The position numbers were made by a program, and so were the translations under genes. The notes below the pieces were generated by a model. It was not told the origin of the DNA, did no database searches, and saw only the letters and a list, made by a program, of their open reading frames with translations. Positions 18,736 to 30,912 of a stretch of DNA of 64,000 bases are shown here, in pieces (position 1 is the stretch's first letter; every line of letters starts with the position of its first letter). This DNA comes from Dimorphilus gyrociliatus (taxonomy: Eukaryota > Animalia > Annelida): positions 786,942 to 850,941 of the forward strand of contig CAJFCJ010000009.1 in NCBI GenBank assembly GCA_904063045.1, written 5' to 3'.

Positions 18736-19920
18736 CTGATAGCAATCTTTTATTCTTTTCTCTAGTTTTCGTGCAACCCCTTAAATTTTACTTTCAATTC
18801 TTTTTATTATCCTCTAAAGCTTCTATTCTGTATTCATAAATACAAAAAAAAGCTTTTTAATCTTTTTTGTCGAAATTCTTATTCCTTTGTTTTCTCCTTA
18901 ATAAGGCTTCCTCATTTACGGATGATAAGAAGAAATGTTCTTTTTTTTAACGACCTTCTTTTCCGTTTCCCTGGATATTATCGAATATTAATTGCGATGT
19001 AAATATTATAAATGTCGTTAGAAAGCAAATTTTTTATCAAATGCAGTATATATGTATGATTAATAGCATTGTTCTAAATTACACTTATTTTTAACGTAGG
19101 CCTGGATATTTTTGCTGTGTGTATACTGTATATGTAAACAATAAAACAATGCTTGTTTTATTTGTAAATAACTCTAGATGAAATAGGAAGAAAATAGAAG
19201 AAAGTTATATAAAAAACACAGAGAAATATATAAATTTATTAATATAAACGCTTAATTTTCGGTTGCAGAAAAGTGTTTACGTTATCTCCATCAGTTGAAA
19301 ATGGTACTTTTGCATTTGTTTGTATATTTTCCATACAATTACTATATTTTATATGTTTTTTTTATTACAAACTGTTAACTTATAAATATAAAAATATTAT
19401 CCTTATTATATAAGCAAGTATTCTTCGTGCTTTTTTTTTTTTTTTGCCTACCGAAGAAGAAAAAAAACAGCAAAAATGTTAGACCACCTACAAATATCAT
19501 TAATCACATATACTTTTTTCATGTTTATTAAAATCGTCTTGCAAGTTTCTTTCTTTGTTTTGCTTTGTTTTTTTTTCAAACAATGCATTTACCTATTGTA
19601 ATATCTTTTAAGTAAATTTAATAGAAAATCTCATTGAAGTTTGTTTTTTTAAAAAAACAATAAAAAAGTGTTTATAATTCTTTTTTATATTGTTCTTATA
19701 CTAAAAAAATGAAAATTTCAACGATAAAAAAAACCTTACCTTCTTTTTAATTAATAAATCCGATTGATTGTTTTTTTCATAGTATCCATTAAGATTCGAT
19801 AGGAGAAAAAAAATTGTAAAAACTAGTTGTTAGAACTTTACGAGAAGGAAAGTAAAGATTTTTTTTTTTTACACGCTCAAGGTTGGGAAGAGTAAGGCGA
19901 ACTGCGTCACGCACTTTTCA

Positions 19921-19934
19921 GTTGCCCTGGTAAC
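19921..19934. promoter_or_regulatory. RFX X-box GTTGCCCTGGTAAC
   Basis: Exact match to GTNRCC-N2-RGYAAC, about 180 nt upstream (minus sense) of the predicted GPCR 5'UTR donor; a CRE-like TGCGTCA lies at 19903-19909. Confidence 0.55.
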
Positions 19935-20228
19935 ATCTTTATATACATTTGTCTTCATCTTAATAAATTTTCGCTGGTCCGCTTTTTATTGCTATTCGTT
20001 TTATATGAAAATTAGAACGTTTTCTTTTGTCTTATTTCTTTATGAATACTTGATTTTTGTTCATTTATGGTTAAATATTGATAAATAAAATTTAGATTAA
20101 AATGTATAATTTATTAATATAAACCACTCATCATCATTATACATATATGAATATATATGTATATATATACATATACTGTATATATATAGTTTTTATTTAA
20201 AATATAAAGGTATAAATGAGACAAACTA

Positions 20229-20240
20229 CGCCCTCTAGTG
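20229..20240 (-). promoter_or_regulatory. CTCF-like motif CACTAGAGGGCG
   Basis: Plus strand cgccctctagtg matches the CTCF core CASYAGRKGGC(R) in a very AT-rich intergenic tract. Confidence 0.5.
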
Positions 20241-21021
20241 AATTGTTAAGAAGGAAAAGATAATTTCGTTAGTATGTATTGTGTCTTCTCCCTTTCAGTA
20301 ATAAAAATTGAATTACAATATAACTATGTTGATAATTTGATGATGAATTAGTCATTTATATTTATTTAAAAAAAAAAGCTTCTTTAATCAATTAGCACAA
20401 TTCTATTTTAGCTAATTGAATTATTTAAAAAAAAAATCTTCTCTCCATTAATTACAAAAGTAAACAACTCTATAAGATATCTTTTAATCTTGAAATTGTT
20501 TGCTTTGTTTGCTTGTTTGTTTTTCAACATTTTCTAAAGAGTTTTTAATTTAAATATAAAGTAAAAATTCAATCAGTGACATAATAAAATACTCTTTAAA
20601 AAAAAACCTGCATGTCTAACAGATGGTGAGAATAAATCTTGGGTTATTTATCAGTCTTTCACTCTAGTATTTCAGCGGTAGAAAAAATCCAAATGGAAAA
20701 CATCGGCGTTAGCTTTAAATTTTATATGTTCTGTCCTAAAATAAGAATGATATAATGTATAGTTTTTACAAAAGGAAATAATCTTTACAAGCATTAAGCG
20801 TCTCTTCTTTGATAAAGCTTTAAAGGTAAATTTTGGAGGGATGAAAAAGTTATTTTTCCCTGTACTTTATTATAGAGTTTAATAATCTTGACGTTTCTTA
20901 TATAATAGATCATTTAGGTTTTGTGTAATGTCAACAACCTCGTCTATATTTTTTCTTTTAATTGAAGTTGCGGTCGTTATTTAGACTGTATAATTGTAAA
21001 GATTTTCTTCATTTGGTAGTT

Positions 21022-21046
21022 TCTCTCTCTCTCTCTCTCTCTCTCT
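21022..21046. repeat. (TC)n microsatellite
   Basis: Pure TC dinucleotide run. Confidence 0.9.
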
Positions 21047-22378
21047 ATACAGAAACAATTTATTGTCAAAAATGAGGAATTCATACGATATACTCATATT
21101 TTATATAATTTCAATTGAATCGTCAATATTTAGTCTACTCTCATCACACCAAAATTAAATCTGTAATAGGCTGTTTTCGTCTTAAACTCTAATAATTATC
21201 AAGTATTATAAGCCCTTCGACTTGCTGTGGAAAAGTACTCGTTCTGAAGCTCGTAAATTTCTGAAATATTTCGAGGAATCTAGATTAATTGGAGAGTTAC
21301 GGATAAAAAGCTTAATCCTATGAATATATATTTATCAATCTCAAGTAGTGTCTTAATATTTAAAAGGATAAAGTTGCATAGATCATTCGATTCTATTAAA
21401 AACGAATGGTTTTTTTTATGTTAAAGACTTGAAGGACTTAAATAAATTGATGTTCTAAGATTGAAGATAATTAAAGAATCTTAATGTCTGTTTAAAGATT
21501 AAATACAGGAAATGTCATTCATAAATAATAAATGAGGATTATCAATATTCTCCTGCCTAGTCTATTTTTTAACTTTTCTCTCTGTCTCTCTCCAAGCATA
21601 ACAACGTTATTATTGTGCTATATGGGTTGAATAATTAAAATCTCTCTCTACAGTAATTATAGATAAAAGAAGAGATAAGCCATAAGGTGGAGAGGAATAA
21701 GGAGAAGAAGATATTTACTAATCTCAGGTATCTTTCATAGCATGCTTCATTATTCGTTTATCAGTCATAAATAGTCGTTGAGACGATTAAGAGATATAAA
21801 CTAGTTCCATAGTGTTACAGATAAGAGACTCGGGTTGTATAATTCATTAAGAATAATTGATCACAAAAATTGATAGGCAACTTTGAGAACAATACCATTG
21901 TGACTTAAACTGAACAAGCCTTCTCTCTCTCTCTCTAGTCTGTCTCCCAAATGGGTGCAATTTATCATAAGTATTTAAATGAATTTCTCTTTATATACTA
22001 TATATATTAGAATAATATAAATGAAAAGATCCGAATGATACTGTTGTTCATAATTTTGGGAATGTCCATATTCTTATTATTCTATCATTGTTTCCCTATT
22101 CTTAACAGGAAATAAAGGATTACAATTAGATAATAAAAGAAAAGTCTATAAAATATCTCTTCAATCATAATCATCTCCTATGTTGACGCCTTCTCATATT
22201 GACTGCCTCAATAAAATAAAAACAACTAAATTAAGATATCCTTTCCACCTACGTTTTCCTGACGTCATAAGATAAATGCAATTTATCAATGATCTATCAT
22301 AAATAATTATTAAATTACTATTCAATACAAAGCAAAAGCGAGATAAACAACTTAAAATTTAAAGTACTTTGTTTATAG

Positions 22379-22379
<1 letters not shown>

Positions 22380-22410
<31 letters not shown>

Positions 22411-22420
22411 AAGAAAGAAA
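22380..22420. repeat. (GA)n / (AAAG)n microsatellite
   Basis: GA run followed by AAAG repeats. Confidence 0.85.
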
Positions 22421-23551
22421 GAGAGCGATATATCTTTTTCTAATCTTATCAACTAAAAAATCAATCTTTAATTATTGCTCATAAATGATTTTTTTCTTAA
22501 TAGAATTATTTAGTTAATCCTTTTTTTTTTAAAAAAACAAAAACTAACAAAACTAGAAGAAAAATGTTAAAACAGATAATGTTATTGTCAGTTTTGAAGA
22601 CGTTCTATTTAGATTTGTTTTCCTTTTTTAGTAAAAAGTATAGTTATATAAAATTTCCTTAGTAAAGTATTTATTATATAAGACGAATATTTATACAAGT
22701 TATTAATAAATGAATTTAATAACAATTGCTTTTTATCAATAAGCTTCTATTATTCAAAATAATATCCAACAAAATAAGCTTTTTAGCTATATGAGAGATA
22801 TAGAATGCTAATCGTCAGACTTTTAATTGTTGAAAATTCTTTAATATTTCTTTGCCTATTTACCCGGTTACTGGGATATTCCTCTTAATTGATAGGTTAA
22901 GCAGTTTTTCAAATATTTTTAACGGAAGTTCTTTTATTTACGTTTGCAAAGTTTCAAGATTTTTAGTCATTTTCCAGCTAAATAGAGAATAAACAAGTAC
23001 AAAAATAGTGAAAAAATTTATTATTTAATAAATAAAGATTATTAATTTACATATTTTTTTCTTTCTATCATTTCTCTTCTATTTTTATTGAAAAGAATTT
23101 TTTATAAATGGTTGCTCTAAATAACTGAGAACATATTTTGTATTTAACGCCATCTCTTGAGTAAAATTATTACCGATACTCCCTGTGTTATATTGTTCAA
23201 CTTTACAATCCCTACTGTTGCTATGGACGCAGTTAAACATTAATTTCGTTCGCGTCTAGGAGAAGTACTCTTTCGACAGGATTTTGAAAACAAACAAAGT
23301 AGGCCAGAAGGTGATTCTAAAAAATATAATATTTTATACAATTGCTTTCTCCTATTCTCAAATTCATTTGTATATACGAAATCTTGCTAAGCGCACCTTT
23401 ATTCTATTTGTGGCATGTTATTGTACTTTTTCTCTCCGCTTAGATGATTATTGGTGATATGTTGTTATTTATTTATTAAATTTAGCTTTCAAGTATTCTG
23501 AATTTGCCGCATCTTGATTAAGATTTTATTTAAACAAACTTAAATAAAATT

Positions 23552-26500
23552 ATGGATCAACAAGAAAACGGTGTTAAATCCAACTGTGAGTACTCAAATA
23601 TACAACAGCAAAAATCTCTAATACTACCAAGACAAGTTATTATTTTTGTTAATTACAATTTTTAATACTTTTTTTTTTTTTAAAAAAATACTTTTCGCTT
23701 TTTTCATTATAAATAATAGCAAGGAAGATTTTCTATTTACACATTTTTTATTGTGTTTTGTTATAGTTTAAGTACGAGTTTTAACCGTTTTTTATCTTTC
23801 TCTCTCTCTCTCTCCTTTTCCTTCTTCACAGGGAATCGTTGAAAAATTAGTTTTCTTTTTAATTGGATTCTTTTGTCAATTTTCAAATGTTTTTTCAAGT
23901 ATTTTATTTTTTTATTAGCTCCAGTTCCTCCGCCGAGAGCTTCCAGTAGAAACTCAATTAAGTCTAAGGCGGAAAACGGAACAGAAAGTCCTAAGAACGG
24001 CGGTTCAAGACCATCGAGTCGAACTTCCATAACGTCAAAAGGTCGAAAGAGCCCAAGGAACGAGGAACCGAGGACTTCGAGTAGAACATCAACAAGATCG
24101 AAAGACGAAAGTGATAAATCTGCTGTAAAAGCGGATTCTCGACCTTCGAGCAGGAACTCTAATATTGATAAAAATCAGGGGTCTAGAGCATCCCTTAGAT
24201 CAACTAAAGAGAACGGTAATCAAAGTCCCAAGCCAGAAAAGGAAAGGCCTTCGAGCAAAGCCTCAGTAAGATCGGCTGCTGGAAACGAAGATAATAAGAA
24301 AGAAGAGCGGAGCAGGCCATCAAGCAAAACATCTATTCATTCAAAATTGGAAGAAGAAAAACAGCAAAACGACGAAGCAGTAGCTAAACAGGAGGAAGAA
24401 AAAAAACCGGAGGAAGAGGTGGAAAAAGAATTAGAAGAGAAAAAAGAGGAAGAACCGGCAGAAGAGGTAGAAAAGGAATCGGAAGAGAAAAAAGAGGAAG
24501 AACCAGCAGAAGAGGTAGACAAGGAATCAGAAGATAAAAAAGAGGAAGAATCAGCTGAAGAGGCACAAGTAGAGGAGAACAAGGAGGAAAAGAAAGAAGA
24601 GGAAGAGTTACAGCCAGAAGAAGAAAAACAGGTGGAGGAGAGTAAAGAAGAGGAGAAACCTGAAGAAAAATCTGAAGAGAAAAAAGAGGACGAAACTATG
24701 CAAGAACCTGAAGAACAGGAGCAAAAGGAAGAAATTAAACAACCTGAAGAGGAAAAAGCAACTGCAGAACCATCCGAGAAGAATTCAGATGAAAAGCCTG
24801 ACATGAACAGCAATCAAGGCGAAGGAAAATCAGAGGGAAATGGAAATGTTGCCGTTCTAGCCGGTGGAGCAGTGATCACTAAGGAAACCACACAGGAAAA
24901 GGAAAATCTGAAGAGAAGCCCATCTTGTATGGAGACCGAAGAAACCGTAGCTAATCTTATAGATAACTTAAACAATCGACCATACGATTCGCCAGATACT
25001 TTGGCCGATTTAAAGGTTCTAAGTGGAATGTATTGGGTAAAAAAGCAAGACACCGCAATAGTAAAAGAGAGGAGATTAGCAATTGCCTCATATTTTATCA
25101 AATATAAATTCATTTCAACTGCTTCAAAAATGATGATCTGGTACAATAGTGTTGGAGTTTTTAAAAATGACAACATATGGTTCCCATGCTATTTCGTATA
25201 CAATTGCCTATGGAACTATTCAGATTCATCCAAAGAGCTATGTACTGTAAGTTGAACATTTATATAAAAATCTTTTCAAATATCTAATTAATTTAATCAA
25301 AAAATAGGAACTAATGGAAAATGACATTACTAAATTGTTGGTAGCAAACTTGCAACACAAACCATATACTGATAACGCCAATAGCAAGGTATAAAATTAT
25401 CTTATATTAGGTTTTATTAAATTATTAACAAAACCTTTTTATCTTTTAAAGAATGTTTTATATTTACTAAAAGCGTCTTTAAGTATCCTGCAAAATATGG
25501 GAAGATTTCCTCACTTGATTGATCACTTGCGTGAAAATGGTGTCGGACCTGCAGCAGAAATTTATATTAATAGTTCAATTGTATTTCTACAAACTTTATC
25601 TATAATGCTCCTATCAGCTGTTGTAAAGGAGGGGGAAAATGCTGATAAACTCGGTGGGAAAGATGTTATTATAAGTCAAATCATTAATTTTTTAAAGAAG
25701 GCTCTAGAATCGTCTAAAAGACGTCATTCGGGATTTTCTCCAGATGAGTTACTTTTAGGCTTGGATAGGCTAGCGGCGTACGATGAAAATAAGAAAATTC
25801 TTTTGAATAAAGATATAGTTCCCGTTCTTACTGAACTTCTATCATCAGAAAATTTCGATGAAAGACAATACGCCGCCAAAGTTCTATGGTCTTTGGCATT
25901 TGATGAAGAGGGCAAGGAAATTATTCTTGAACAGAGTAAAACTGAATTAGAAATTTTGGCTAAAAAGGGATCTGATAAGGATAGTAAAAATGCTAAAGGC
26001 TGTTTATGGATATTATATGGAAACAGTGAGGAAGACATGAAAAAAAAGTTGGCTCAACAGAAAAATCAAACTATTCAGAAGAAGATTTTTATAAGCTATA
26101 GTTGGGCTTTTCAAGACGTAATTGTAGATTTGTCAAATGAACTGAAGAAAAACGGCTTTGATATTTGGCTCGATGTTGAACAAATGACTGGCTCTACTCT
26201 TGAAAAAATGGCAGAAGGCATTGAAGAAAGTGGTTTAATTGTTGTTGCCCTATCCGAATCATATAAGATGAGCCCCAGCTGTAGAGCAGAGGCGGAGTAT
26301 ATGTTCAAACTACAAAAACCATTTGTACCAATTATGACACAAAGAGGATATAAGCCAGATGGCTGGTTGGGTATCCTTATGGGCTCCAAGTTTTATATTA
26401 ATTTTGATGGCAAATTCAGCTTCAGTAAGGCTTTGGAAAAGCTGCTAAGGGAAATAAATCGAATACTAGATGCAGATGATAGCAATAATCAAGCCATAGT

Positions 26501-26843
26501 TCCAACAACAGCACCATCTACAATGGCACGTAAGTAACTGAAATTGTAAAGAAATACTAAACTAATCTAATTTTGATACGTAATTTTAGCATCTTTTAAA
26601 AGTGAAAAAAGAAACATAGACGAAGTGAAGACATGGGATAAAGACAGAATTAACCAATGGATTGAGAAAGAGAACATTGCTGATTTGAAAGATTTCCTAC
26701 AAGATTTTGATGGTAAAATGTTATATCAACTGCAAACAGTTCGTGAAGAAGTACCCGATTTCTTTTACAAGAAAATTGATGAATCTGGTTTGAGTTTCAC
26801 AAAAATATTAAAATTGACTAGTGCCATGGATAACTTTGTTTAA
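23552..26843 (+). CDS. ARM-repeat + TIR + SAM-like protein with a long Ser/Arg- and Glu/Lys-rich N-terminus; about 5 exons
   Basis: Exon 1 (23552-23585, phase 1) joins 23919 in frame. ARM-like helices (LDRLAAYDENKKIL, QYAAKVLWSLAFD, NAKGCLWIL), TIR domain (KIFISYSW..GFDIWLDVEQM..MAEGIEES..SPSCRAEAEY..PFVPIM..GWLG), and a final exon with a SAM-like VKTWDKDRINQWIEK..FDGKMLYQL. Confidence 0.88.
24380..24770 (+). repeat. Coding Glu/Lys-rich imperfect tandem repeats (EEKKEEEPAEEVEKES-type)
   Basis: Three or four copies of a ~48-nt unit at about 24400-24565 within a polyglutamate tract. Confidence 0.8.
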
Positions 26844-26983
26844 ATGTGAGTGTTACATGACAAACATAGCAAAATATTTTACCGATTTAAAGCTACTTAA
26901 CATTTGTTTCTTATTCCTTCATAAATGTCGATATTGTAACTTTAATTGTAATTAAACAATCCCTTTGACTGTTTCCGTCAGGG

Positions 26984-27343
26984 CTAGCACACATTTACCG
27001 TTTTCATATGATTGGCCACAAGAACGAAATATTTCATTACATATATTATGATGATCACAACTAAGTTCTCGTGTACAGGTTCCATTGCCATGGCTTTTTG
27101 TAATCCAGTTTGAGATTTATTACAAACATCTATGTATGTATAATATTCCTGATAAGAAATTGTGAAAGTTTTGGCCAGCATCTCTTCATATGTAGTACAA
27201 TATAGAGTTACTGAACGCTTCTGTTCGAAAAATACTCTCTCATAACTCTTCAAGGAACTAATTTCTTATGTCTACAACCAGGAAAATATATTCTACTTTC
27301 TGATCGCAATTTAGAGATTCATCCCATTTCATTCTTTTGGAAT

Positions 27344-27384
<41 letters not shown>

Positions 27385-28130
27385 AATAACCTGCTCAACA
27401 TAACGATAGCAATTATGATCAATTTCAAAAGGATGATAATTTTTGCAACATATGTGTCCACACTCAAGCAATACATTACACTTAATTGTACATATTCCAA
27501 TAGGATAATATCCAGTATCATGATGATCTTCATTTTGGACATCCTTCTTCTGAAATTTCTTCTTTGCAATTGGAATCATAGTTCATTCTGATCAGTAAGT
27601 GAACCTATGTCACAAATTGATCGTGTTTATCTACCTATATGCGATTATTCATGACTATAATCACATGTTTTCAATGATTATAGCATAATAACATGTAAAC
27701 TATCAATTGCTCTTACTTCCTTAAAAATTCCCAAATCTTCTTCATCGTCTTCTCTCTTATGTTCTTGTATCTGCTTAAAGAAAAAAAGAGTCTAAAGAGG
27801 AACTTTATTTTTCTTATCTTTCGTGCGGCCGTGATTGAAAAAGTTTACAATTCCAGAGATTTCGTTACTTCATCAGCATTTTTTAAATTGGTATAAATAG
27901 GGCGAACATAACCCACAATTCTCTGTACGCTACTTTTGAACAAACAATCTTATACTTTCAAGCCCTAATAAAGATATTTTTAGATATGAATTAACCCATC
28001 GTCTATTCTACAAAAGCTTGATTTTTTACTAGCTCCAGGTGTTGTCATGCCAATTAATACAGAACCAATATCATATTGAGAGAAATCATGAACTTTATCT
28101 AACATGTCCAAAGAGCTGTGTTTTAAAATA
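26984..28130 (-). pseudogene. ZNFX1: Decayed ZNFX1-like (UPF1-family helicase + NF-X1 zinc finger) pseudogene; may extend to about 28530
   Basis: Colinear fragments broken by stops and frameshifts: VLIGMTTPGA (~28030-28060), GLESIRLFVQK*, IVGYVRPIYTNLKNADEV, GIVNFFNH, EVRAIDS..VIML*SL, IGR*TRSICDIGSL, GICTIKCNVLLECGHICCKNYHPFE, CTRELSCDH. These parallel ZNFX1 motifs VVGMTTTGA / FVRLNYQHR / LTPHIYQDLENH / VRVHVVD / IILLSL / LSRAKKGMYCIGN / GGCSLPC..LGCGHVC...CHP as recalled. Confidence 0.72.
27349..27380. repeat. (AG)16 microsatellite inside the ZNFX1 relic
   Basis: Pure AG run. Confidence 0.9.
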
Positions 28131-29516
28131 GCACACCTTTCTGAATGTATCAGTTCGTTTGAACAGTTTTACAAGCATTTTTTATGGCGATTTTAGTTCT
28201 TTACTTATCTCTATACTTTATTCATAAAAGCTTTGTACGGCACCATTTCGAAACAACAGTGTGTTCCTTAACTTTGAGATTAACTTAAGTAAAAAGTTCA
28301 TGGAGGTACTTGGATAAGGGCAGAATTTTATCTGACAGCATACGGTGTGTCAAAGCTTCGTATTACGTCGGATCAAGAAGAACTTTGTCATCATGAGGCA
28401 TTTTGTCGTCTGAGAAAACATTACAATAATTATAAGATTCTTTAATAGGGGTATCAAATTCCAATCAGTTCAGATTTAATATGAATAGGTGATCCTCTTA
28501 AATCAGTTTGTAGCTTCAGAACTGCCTCCATGTTGCTATAGAAGATAAAAGAAATACTGTTATTTTAGTACATTAACTATTCCTCTCCCTGTCTTTAGTA
28601 GAGAATATTTGTAAACACACCCTTTTAGCAGCACTCCTCCCAACTTGATGGCATTTATCCATCTTTTTTTCACTTTGAGGAGAGCAACTCTCTAGGGGTG
28701 TAACCAACGACTTTGTGGACAAGTGAGATGTTTGGTAAAGACTCTTAAATTGAAAATTTATCAATTCTCCAAAAGAAGCTGATTCATTATGCAAAATTTA
28801 CCTCTAATTTATGCAATTGAATATATAAGCCTATACATTTATATAATTGACTTGTACGGATGTGTTTTCTAAAAGAGAGTCTAGATAGTTAAAACACAAT
28901 TTAATCTAAACATGATTTATTATATGATCATTTATTCTCTTTCATTATCGTATTTAAAAAGATGGGCAGAAAAAGAGAGAGAGAGAGAGAGAAACGAAGA
29001 AAGAAAGAGATAAAGATAAAGATTTTAGACAAAAGAAGAAAGGAATTATTTTTAGATAATAAGTATAAAAATCATATAAAACTTCAAAAATCATATCATT
29101 ATTGCGTAATAATTACAAATGAATCTTTTTTAAACGTATTTTCGATTAAACGTTTCTTTTTGGCCTTTCATAGCATGTTGATTTGATGAATATATTGATT
29201 TATTTCGGCTCTCATTACACGTTTGTTTGAATATATTGATTTTTTAATAAAAAAAAAAGTATCGATCACTATTTAATCATCAAGGAAAAGAAGGTAAAGT
29301 CAGAGAATAACACACTTTAAAGAATTATTAACCATCTGAGATGTATAAAAGCCTAGTGCTAAGAAAAATATAGGTAGGTAGTTGGTTTATTTGTTATTCC
29401 TTATTCTTGAATAGAGGTGGCCTAAATATTCAAATGATTCTGAGCAATATATTTGGCCTTATATAGAATTTATCATTCAAATAGTGTTTTGTTAAGCAGT
29501 GATCGCCATTTTAAAT

Positions 29517-30080
29517 ATGGGAAACGGAGAATCAAAAACTAAAAATAAAACTGAAACTAGTTGCATACTTGATAAACTACGAACTGAAACAAAGTTTAGT
29601 CAGTCTGAATTACAAACTTGGTATGATCGATTTCATCAGGATTTTCCAACTGGTTACATAGAAAGAGAAGATTTTAGATATATGTACTCGACCATTTCAG
29701 GACAGCAAAATAGTGATGATCTAGCTGATATAATATTCCAGGCATATGACTCTGACAATAATGGTACTATAGATTTTAGAGAATTTATGACAACCTTAAG
29801 TGTGACGTGTAGGGGAAGCAAAGAGGAGAGACTAAATTGGGTATTCGATATGTACGATACTGATAATTCGGGAACTTTAAGCCGTAACGAAATTATTCAC
29901 GCATTAAATGCTATATTAAAGATGAAGGGTTTTGAAGATACTGAACATCTGGCAGCTGTGCAAACTGAAGATATATTCAAACGAATGGATGGTGATGGTG
30001 ATGGAATCATTACGAGGAAAGAATTTCTCAGCGTCGCTACACGTCAGCCTGGTATTTGTGAAGTCTTTAATGTAAAGTGA
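29517..30080 (+). CDS. Neuronal calcium sensor (neurocalcin/hippocalcin/recoverin-like), single coding exon
   Basis: MGNGES myristoylation start at 29517; EF hands YDSDNNGTIDFREF, YDTDNSGTLSRNE, MDGDGDGIITRKEF; RGSKEERLNWVFDMYD. Confidence 0.92.
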   Translation: MGNGESKTKNKTETSCILDKLRTETKFSQSELQTWYDRFHQDFPTGYIEREDFRYMYSTISGQQNSDDLADIIFQAYDSDNNGTIDFREFMTTLSVTCRGSKEERLNWVFDMYDTDNSGTLSRNEIIHALNAILKMKGFEDTEHLAAVQTEDIFKRMDGDGDGIITRKEFLSVATRQPGICEVFNVK

Positions 30081-30912
30081 TCTGTACTATGTCAACGATA
30101 TAGATACTGCAAAACAAAAGAGGAAAGAGAAACATAATATGCAAACTGCAAAAGAAAAGTAAAAAGAAAAAACAATTGAATATTGAAATTTTTTACAATA
30201 TTGTAAATATAAATTAACCATTGAGCAGACTTTTTTCTAGATAGTTCAACTGTAATTTGCTATTGCACCATAGGATAAAAAAGACAAATATTTAAAAAAA
30301 AATACCCATCCATATGAATATATGTTGATGAATATGGTATCGTCTATGATTCATCTTTGGGGGAAGAAAATTTGACTACCTACAAAATATATTATATGTA
30401 TTGAAATTTTTATATAAATGTTCTTTATAGCTTTTTAAACTATTTATGAATGAATTTATTTACGCATTGTTGTTTTATTTAATGTTATTTACGATTTTAC
30501 AAATAAACATATTTCAATATTAATAACAGAATTATTATCTTGTATTAATTATTATAAAAGTGAAATATAGAATATTATTATTAAATTAGTTAAATAAGGA
30601 TTAATGGAACAATAGACCGCCTATAGAAAGTAAGTAATCTGTAGTTAATAAGTAATAAATATTAGGAAAATTGAAAGAAAGCCCTAACAAGTAGTTAATT
30701 AATCTAACTGGAGTAACAAGGAGGGTAATCGGCACAAGACGCATCGATTTTTACCCCGTTTGTATGAGCTTTAAGCACGTTTCATTTACCTGGAAAATAT
30801 CTTTCGGCAATGTGACAGAGATATAATTTTTAAAAAATTCATATTTAATTATTTATTATTTAAACATGATAGAAACTCTAAGATAATATCTATAAAGATC
30901 ATTCTAATTGAA

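Noticed and set aside
20300-23200. Long non-coding tract examined for transposon remnants or hidden exons
   Set aside because: Only microsatellites and short stop-rich frames; no terminal repeats or transposase/RT motifs recognised.
24337-25176. Minus-strand ORFs of 158, 60 and 120 aa
   Set aside because: Antisense to the Glu/Lys-rich exon of the TIR gene; an artefact of composition.
27258-27569. 103-aa and neighbouring short minus-strand ORFs as independent genes
   Set aside because: They are alternative frames or fragments of the ZNFX1 relic and run through the microsatellite.
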